From: an uncultured Lachnospiraceae bacterium
GTDB taxonomy: Bacteria; Bacillota; Clostridia; Lachnospirales; Lachnospiraceae
Direction of reading: 5' to 3'
DNA length: 64,000 bases
NCBI GenBank assembly: GCA_964402925.1
Contig: CAYOED010000006.1
Location: 1,953-65,952 of the forward strand
In this document: piece by piece, positions 59,151 to 64,000 of the stretch
Numbering within the stretch: the first letter of the stretch is position 1
How the letters are laid out: every line of letters begins with the position of its first letter
Notes under the pieces: model-generated
What the model was told of the DNA's origin: nothing
The model's input: the letters and a program-made list of their open reading frames with translations, nothing else
Database searches by the model: none
Program-made: the position numbers and the translations under genes

Positions 59151-60011
59151 ATGTGGATAGCAGATAATTGGAAAGATTATGAAGTGATAGATACCTCCTG
59201 CGGTGAAAAGCTGGAGCGTTGGGGAAAGTATATCCTCCTTCGTCCCGACCCGCAGGTCATATGGAATACCAGTAAAGAAGCAAAAGAATGGAATCGTCTT
59301 AACGGTCATTATCACCGCAGTGCCAAGGGCGGCGGCGAATGGGAATTTTTTCAGCTTCCCAATGAATGGAGCATCAACTACCGTGAGCTCACCTTCCATT
59401 TGAAGCCTTTCAGTTTTAAGCATACAGGTCTTTTCCCCGAGCAGGCCGTGAACTGGGATTGGTTTTCACAGATTATCAAAAATGCCAATCGTCCTGTTAA
59501 GGTTCTGAATTTATTTGCCTATACAGGAGGGGCTACACTGGCTGCTGCGAAAGCCGGTGCAAGCGTCACTCATGTGGATGCATCCAAGGGAATGGTCACC
59601 TGGGCAAAGGAAAACGCTGCCGCTTCCGGTCTTTCTGATGCCCCCATACGTTGGCTGGTGGATGACTGCGTCAAATTCGTAGAGCGGGAAATCCGCCGCG
59701 GCAATACCTATGACGGCATTATCATGGATCCTCCCTCTTACGGAAGAGGACCCAAAGGGGAAATCTGGAAAATCGAGGACAGTGTCTATCCTTTTATCGA
59801 ACTGACCACCAAGCTGCTTAGTAAAGATTCCCTGTTCTTCCTCATTAATTCCTACACAACAGGCTTGCAGCCTGCCGTCCTTACCTACATGCTAAATACC
59901 ACAGTCGTCAAAAAGTTGGGCGGGCAGGTGGCTTCCTCGGAAATTGGTCTTCCCGTAAGCAGCAACGGTCTGATTCTTCCCTGCGGTGCTTCCGGGCGAT
60001 GGACTCACTGA
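59151..60011 (+). CDS. class I SAM-dependent methyltransferase (RlmI/RlmK-like catalytic domain)
   Basis: VLNLFAYTGGATLAAAKAGA (motif I) and IIMDPPSYGRG (motif IV). G+C is normal for this window. Confidence 0.75.
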   Translation: MWIADNWKDYEVIDTSCGEKLERWGKYILLRPDPQVIWNTSKEAKEWNRLNGHYHRSAKGGGEWEFFQLPNEWSINYRELTFHLKPFSFKHTGLFPEQAVNWDWFSQIIKNANRPVKVLNLFAYTGGATLAAAKAGASVTHVDASKGMVTWAKENAAASGLSDAPIRWLVDDCVKFVEREIRRGNTYDGIIMDPPSYGRGPKGEIWKIEDSVYPFIELTTKLLSKDSLFFLINSYTTGLQPAVLTYMLNTTVVKKLGGQVASSEIGLPVSSNGLILPCGASGRWTH

Positions 60012-60158
60012 CAGCACAATACCTATGAATATTACTAGATAAATTGAAAAGAAACCGTTTAATAAAAACTTGCGATGCGAAAAAAAGGTAAATACTTTTT
60101 TATTTGTGATTGTCTTTTTCTCTCTTTCTCTTTATAATAAAGTACAGAGGGTCTTATC

Positions 60159-63038
60159 ATGGAACATTTTACTGTTTTAAACTACCAAGGAAGTAAAAAC
60201 AGCCTAAGTAGCTTTATAAAAAAAAATATAGAGCCATATATACAAGATGGCAAAGCATTTTTTGACATTTTTTCAGGTTCTGCTGCTGTCAGTAATATTT
60301 TTAGAGATAATTATCAAGTTTTTGCGAATGATGCTGAACTCTATGCCTCTATAATAGCTGATGCTGTGCTAAATCAAGCAAATATAGATTCATCTTCTGC
60401 CTTGCTTCAATCTCTGGAAACAGAATATGCTGCTACTATTAAGGTGCAGGCAAAACCAATTTTAAATTTTATAAGCCATGAACAGCAAGCATTAAATGAT
60501 GAAAATTATGAGAAGTTAATCTCTCTTTATAAATCTTATCCAACCGTTTGGAACAATCAATATTCAGAAATAACCAGATGCACATTAAATGTTAATAATC
60601 TCAAAAAACTTAATGATTTTTATTTATTTACAACATATTATGCAACTAATTACTATGGCATTATTCAAGCACTTGATATTGATTGTCTCATCAAAATAAT
60701 TAATTTAAGCTTTGCACGTTATAAGAATACTTTGCTTGCTTGTTTATTTTACGCAATGAAAGAAACAGTTTTTTCAAAAGATGGCCATATGGCTCAACCA
60801 CTTAGTCTTGAAAAAAATCAAAACCGTCTCTTTTCTCAACGTAAAAAAAATATATATGAATTATTTATCAAAAAATTTAAAGAATACCTATCCGTTCCAC
60901 TTTCTAAATTTTCTGGAAAGAACGCTGTATTTAATTCTAATTTTGAAGAATTGTTAGACGAAACATTTTTTTCTAATATAGGATTAGTTTATGCAGACCC
61001 ACCATATACAGACATGCAATACTCTAGATACTATCATCTGCTAAATGTAGCCGCCAAATATGAGTATCCTGCATTAACCATGACCAAAAACGGATATACC
61101 AAGGGCTTATATACCGAAGGGCGTTATCAATCAAAATTAAGCCAACGTGGTTCAGCAAAACAATCATTGGAAAACCTAATTAGCTTTTGTTCACGCACAC
61201 GTACCAACCTCGCTATCAGCTACGCATATCCTCAAAATAGAGAACAGCAAGCCACAGATAGATATACAATCTCCATTGATGAATTGATTGAACTTGCTCA
61301 AAAACATTATACCAATGCTCGAGTCAATATAGCAGTTCAAACCTATAACCATGCCAACCATAGAAACAGCGAACAAAAAAAAGTTCTGGAATATTTAATC
61401 CTATGTGGTGATAAAAATTTGAATCAAGTTAATATAGATTCTCTAAAAAGAACTTTAGGCAACTTATCTCCAAGCAAAAATAACCCTATGTACAACTCTC
61501 ACATGTATTGGTCGCAAAAAGCTTTTAATATCTGTGATGCCTTAATTGATTCATTATCCAATAAAGGGAATATTGTTTTTGACCCTTTTCTCGGCTCTGG
61601 AGTAACAATACTAGAAGCCATTAAAACAGATTTATCTCGCTGCGCTATTGGTTGTGATATTAATGATATGCCGTTATTTATTTCAAAATTATTATTATCA
61701 GTTAATGCCACACCAACTATAAAGAAAGAGCTTGAACATTTTATACTTGAACTCAAAACTTTGGATCATTATTACGAAACCACTTGCCCCATATGCAAGA
61801 AAACAGGTACCATATCAAAAGTAATTTTCGACAAACCAGAAAGAACCGGTTCTGAAATTAAAATAAAAGCAATCAATTATACCTGTGAGTGTACAAGAAA
61901 AGGCATTAAATCCGCAGACGGAAATGACTATTTAAAAATGAATACTATACGGGCATTGAAAAACATCACCAACACTGATTTATTACACAACTCAAAAATT
62001 GCAGTAACTGAGAATGATGATATCAAAAACATATTTACCGGGCGCAACTTATCTGTACTAGATGAAATACTGACCATCATTAGCAAATATGAGAAAAGTT
62101 ATCAGAATATTCTAAAATATATCCTGATGTCGGTATTACATCTTTGCAAGATAACTGACAAACACTCAAATTCACAGTGGCCATTGTGGATACCGAAAAC
62201 CGATTGCGTTGAAAAAAACATTTTAGACGTTTATACTAAAAAAATTAAAAAATTTTACAATGTTATCCCTTTTATGAAAGAAAACTACAGTAATTCCGAA
62301 ATAGTTGAATCGTATGTTGATCTTTCTCCTGGTAAATGCTTACTAATGCAAAAGGGGAGCCAATTAATAACCGAGCAAGACATACCAAATAATGGCGTTG
62401 ATTTAATCATTACAGATCCCCCGTATTTGGAACAAGTCTTATATTCCGAATACATGCAGTTATATAAACCTTTTTTAAATCTGGATTACAACTTAGACGA
62501 CGAAATAATTGTATCTTCGGCACCTTCACGCAATAAGGACAAATGCAGCTATTTTGAATTGTTGGAACAAGTTTTTCATATGTGTTCAAACAAGTTAAAG
62601 CTTAACCATTTTTTATGTTTATATTTTCATGATAGCAGTTTAAATGTATGGGATAAATTAATTACTATTTTAGAAAGAAATTGCTTTAGATTTATTACTC
62701 AGATACACGTTGATAAGACAGTCACTTTAAAAAATATTATCAGTCCGAAAAAATCATTAAACGGTGACTCCATACTTATTTTTTCCAAAAGCGACTCTCC
62801 CATTGAACATAATGCCGAAGAAGATGTCTCTGAAATCGAACATAATATTATTAGGCAAGCAAAGTTTATGGTGAAGTCAAACGGCTCTTTATCCACTCCC
62901 GAATTATACGATAACGGGCTTATGGAAATTTTAATTCAAAATGGTTGGTTATCGAAACTCTCAAATAAATATTCTTCATTAGTTGATATTTTTGAAAAAC
63001 ATTTAACTTGGGACACCTCTACAGCTAAATGGAAATGA
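60159..63038 (+). CDS. fused double DNA methyltransferase (Dam-like D12 module plus permuted N4/N6 module)
   Basis: Module 1 has YQGSK..FFDIFSGSAAV (aa 35-44) and VYADPPY (aa 280-283). Module 2 has FDPFLGSGVT (aa 474-) and IITDPPY (aa 753-756), with a CxxC...CxC segment between them. Confidence 0.8.
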   Translation: MEHFTVLNYQGSKNSLSSFIKKNIEPYIQDGKAFFDIFSGSAAVSNIFRDNYQVFANDAELYASIIADAVLNQANIDSSSALLQSLETEYAATIKVQAKPILNFISHEQQALNDENYEKLISLYKSYPTVWNNQYSEITRCTLNVNNLKKLNDFYLFTTYYATNYYGIIQALDIDCLIKIINLSFARYKNTLLACLFYAMKETVFSKDGHMAQPLSLEKNQNRLFSQRKKNIYELFIKKFKEYLSVPLSKFSGKNAVFNSNFEELLDETFFSNIGLVYADPPYTDMQYSRYYHLLNVAAKYEYPALTMTKNGYTKGLYTEGRYQSKLSQRGSAKQSLENLISFCSRTRTNLAISYAYPQNREQQATDRYTISIDELIELAQKHYTNARVNIAVQTYNHANHRNSEQKKVLEYLILCGDKNLNQVNIDSLKRTLGNLSPSKNNPMYNSHMYWSQKAFNICDALIDSLSNKGNIVFDPFLGSGVTILEAIKTDLSRCAIGCDINDMPLFISKLLLSVNATPTIKKELEHFILELKTLDHYYETTCPICKKTGTISKVIFDKPERTGSEIKIKAINYTCECTRKGIKSADGNDYLKMNTIRALKNITNTDLLHNSKIAVTENDDIKNIFTGRNLSVLDEILTIISKYEKSYQNILKYILMSVLHLCKITDKHSNSQWPLWIPKTDCVEKNILDVYTKKIKKFYNVIPFMKENYSNSEIVESYVDLSPGKCLLMQKGSQLITEQDIPNNGVDLIITDPPYLEQVLYSEYMQLYKPFLNLDYNLDDEIIVSSAPSRNKDKCSYFELLEQVFHMCSNKLKLNHFLCLYFHDSSLNVWDKLITILERNCFRFITQIHVDKTVTLKNIISPKKSLNGDSILIFSKSDSPIEHNAEEDVSEIEHNIIRQAKFMVKSNGSLSTPELYDNGLMEILIQNGWLSKLSNKYSSLVDIFEKHLTWDTSTAKWK

Positions 63039-63049
63039 CGCCCTATAAC

Positions 63050-63078
63050 AAAAATGCGAGGTTCATCCTCGCATTTTT
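63050..63078. terminator. bidirectional terminator between methyltransferase and nuclease genes
   Basis: Stem GCGAGG 63056-63061 / CCTCGC 63067-63072, loop TTCAT. AAAAAT on the left and ATTTTT on the right. Confidence 0.75.
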
Positions 63079-63080
63079 GC

Positions 63081-63962
63081 TTATATTTCCTGAATTCCAT
63101 TATAATACTCCCCAGGAAAATGTTTGTTAAGACGTTGCATCAAATTTTTCCCATCAACGATTTCAACTTCTAAATCAACTGCAACTTTTCTACCATCTTT
63201 AGTATATCCGGAAGTTGTTACACAAACCGCATGATCCAACCCTCTTCTCATCCTTTCAGCATATAACCGCTGTATAGGATCCGATCCAACATTTGATGCC
63301 CAGCGTTTGCATTGAAATATATAGTGTAATATTCTACCTTGCTGACGCTTAGACGCAACAATATCAACTCCTAAATCACCTGCTCCCCCCATCTTGACAA
63401 CATTTTCATAGCCTTCTTCCTTCAATAATTTTTGAACCAAGATTTCAAATTCTGTGCCACTTAATGTTGATATGTCAACTGCGTTTTCATTTGGTTTACT
63501 AATATCCTTTCGTTCGACATAATACGGTCCATCTTTCTCACAGTAATTTGCTATCAGTTTTTCAATATCTCTTTGATGACTTTCATCTTCTAAAATCTGT
63601 GTAATAGTTTTTGGATTACCATCACACAATGCATTCACGAGTTCAAAATAGACATCTTCTAATATAAATTTCCCTTTACTATTTAATAACTGCCTGACAA
63701 AAACAGGCATCAAATCTAATAATTTGAAATATAAATCCGTTGTATCCTCAATATCTAAATACAATTGATTATTATCAATCTGTATACAACCGGCATCTAC
63801 CTTAAAATATCGTTCCAGCAATGCCTTTATGTGCAAGATATCTTCCTCACTTGCCCTGTATAAATATTTTGATTTCAAATCATTGCAAATTAACGTTACT
63901 GCACTTGTTAATGTCACATACTCTTTTGTATGAGTCAAGTATGAATAAACTTTTTTCACCAT
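63081..63962 (-). CDS. restriction endonuclease-like protein with C-terminal Mrr-type (PD-(D/E)xK) catalytic domain
   Basis: C-terminal GTEFEILVQKLLKEEGYENV..GGAGDLGVDIVA...IFQCKRW...VCVTTSGYT matches the Mrr_cat pattern. The ATG at 63962 overlaps the upstream gene's TGA by 1 nt. Confidence 0.75.
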   Translation of the reverse strand: MVKKVYSYLTHTKEYVTLTSAVTLICNDLKSKYLYRASEEDILHIKALLERYFKVDAGCIQIDNNQLYLDIEDTTDLYFKLLDLMPVFVRQLLNSKGKFILEDVYFELVNALCDGNPKTITQILEDESHQRDIEKLIANYCEKDGPYYVERKDISKPNENAVDISTLSGTEFEILVQKLLKEEGYENVVKMGGAGDLGVDIVASKRQQGRILHYIFQCKRWASNVGSDPIQRLYAERMRRGLDHAVCVTTSGYTKDGRKVAVDLEVEIVDGKNLMQRLNKHFPGEYYNGIQEI

Positions 63963-64000
63963 CAAAAACTCGTAGTTTTCATTCCCAATATACCAATATG
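63962..64000 (-). CDS. 3' end of an unidentified gene translationally coupled to the nuclease gene
   Basis: A frame open from the window edge reads ...HIGILGMKTTSF then TGA (63962-63964), which shares one base with the nuclease ATG. Confidence 0.4.
   Translation of the reverse strand, partial: HIGILGMKTTSF

Noticed and set aside
1-64000. Search for rRNA, tRNA, CRISPR arrays, transposases, integrases and prophage genes
   Set aside because: I found no cloverleaf-like or rRNA-like segments. No regularly spaced short repeats with unique spacers are present. The repeats that do occur are long hairpins and a single duplication. No ORF has recombinase or transposase motifs.

Overview
This is a chromosomal segment of Firmicutes/Clostridia type. 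It looks Lachnospiraceae-like from gene order and protein sequences, which is an inference. The backbone is the complete S10-spc-alpha ribosomal protein cluster on the minus strand (rpsJ at 48.9 kb down to rplQ at 32.4 kb). It continues into ecfA1-ecfA2-ecfT-truA-rplM-rpsI (30.9-26.5 kb).

The left third (0-26 kb) is accessory and regulatory:
- padR-DUF2812
- T-box-controlled tyrS
- a DinJ/YafQ toxin-antitoxin pair
- an MFS transporter, a PHP protein and a membrane-anchored MerR regulator
- a DUF255 thioredoxin-fold gene
- a BceAB-like ABC transporter placed divergently to a LytTR/GHKL two-component system
- a four-gene phosphorelay: two paralogous hybrid histidine kinases, an Hpt protein and a REC-HD-GYP regulator

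The right part holds putP, a 1108-aa TPR-GGDEF protein, DUF1015, proB, an ASKHA/DUF4445 protein and a SAM methyltransferase.

From about 60.0 kb to the window edge there is a sharply AT-rich island. It carries a 959-aa fusion of two DNA methyltransferase modules. Convergent to it is a small nuclease with an Mrr-type catalytic domain, translationally coupled to a further gene that is cut by the window edge. This is my best candidate for an uncharacterised restriction-modification or defence module.

The second notable signal is non-coding. Two families of long, self-complementary intergenic elements occur at 12.9 kb, 31.1-31.4 kb and 58.4-59.1 kb. Their stems differ between copies by compensatory substitutions, while short cores are conserved.

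I saw no rRNA, tRNA, CRISPR array, transposase or integrase.
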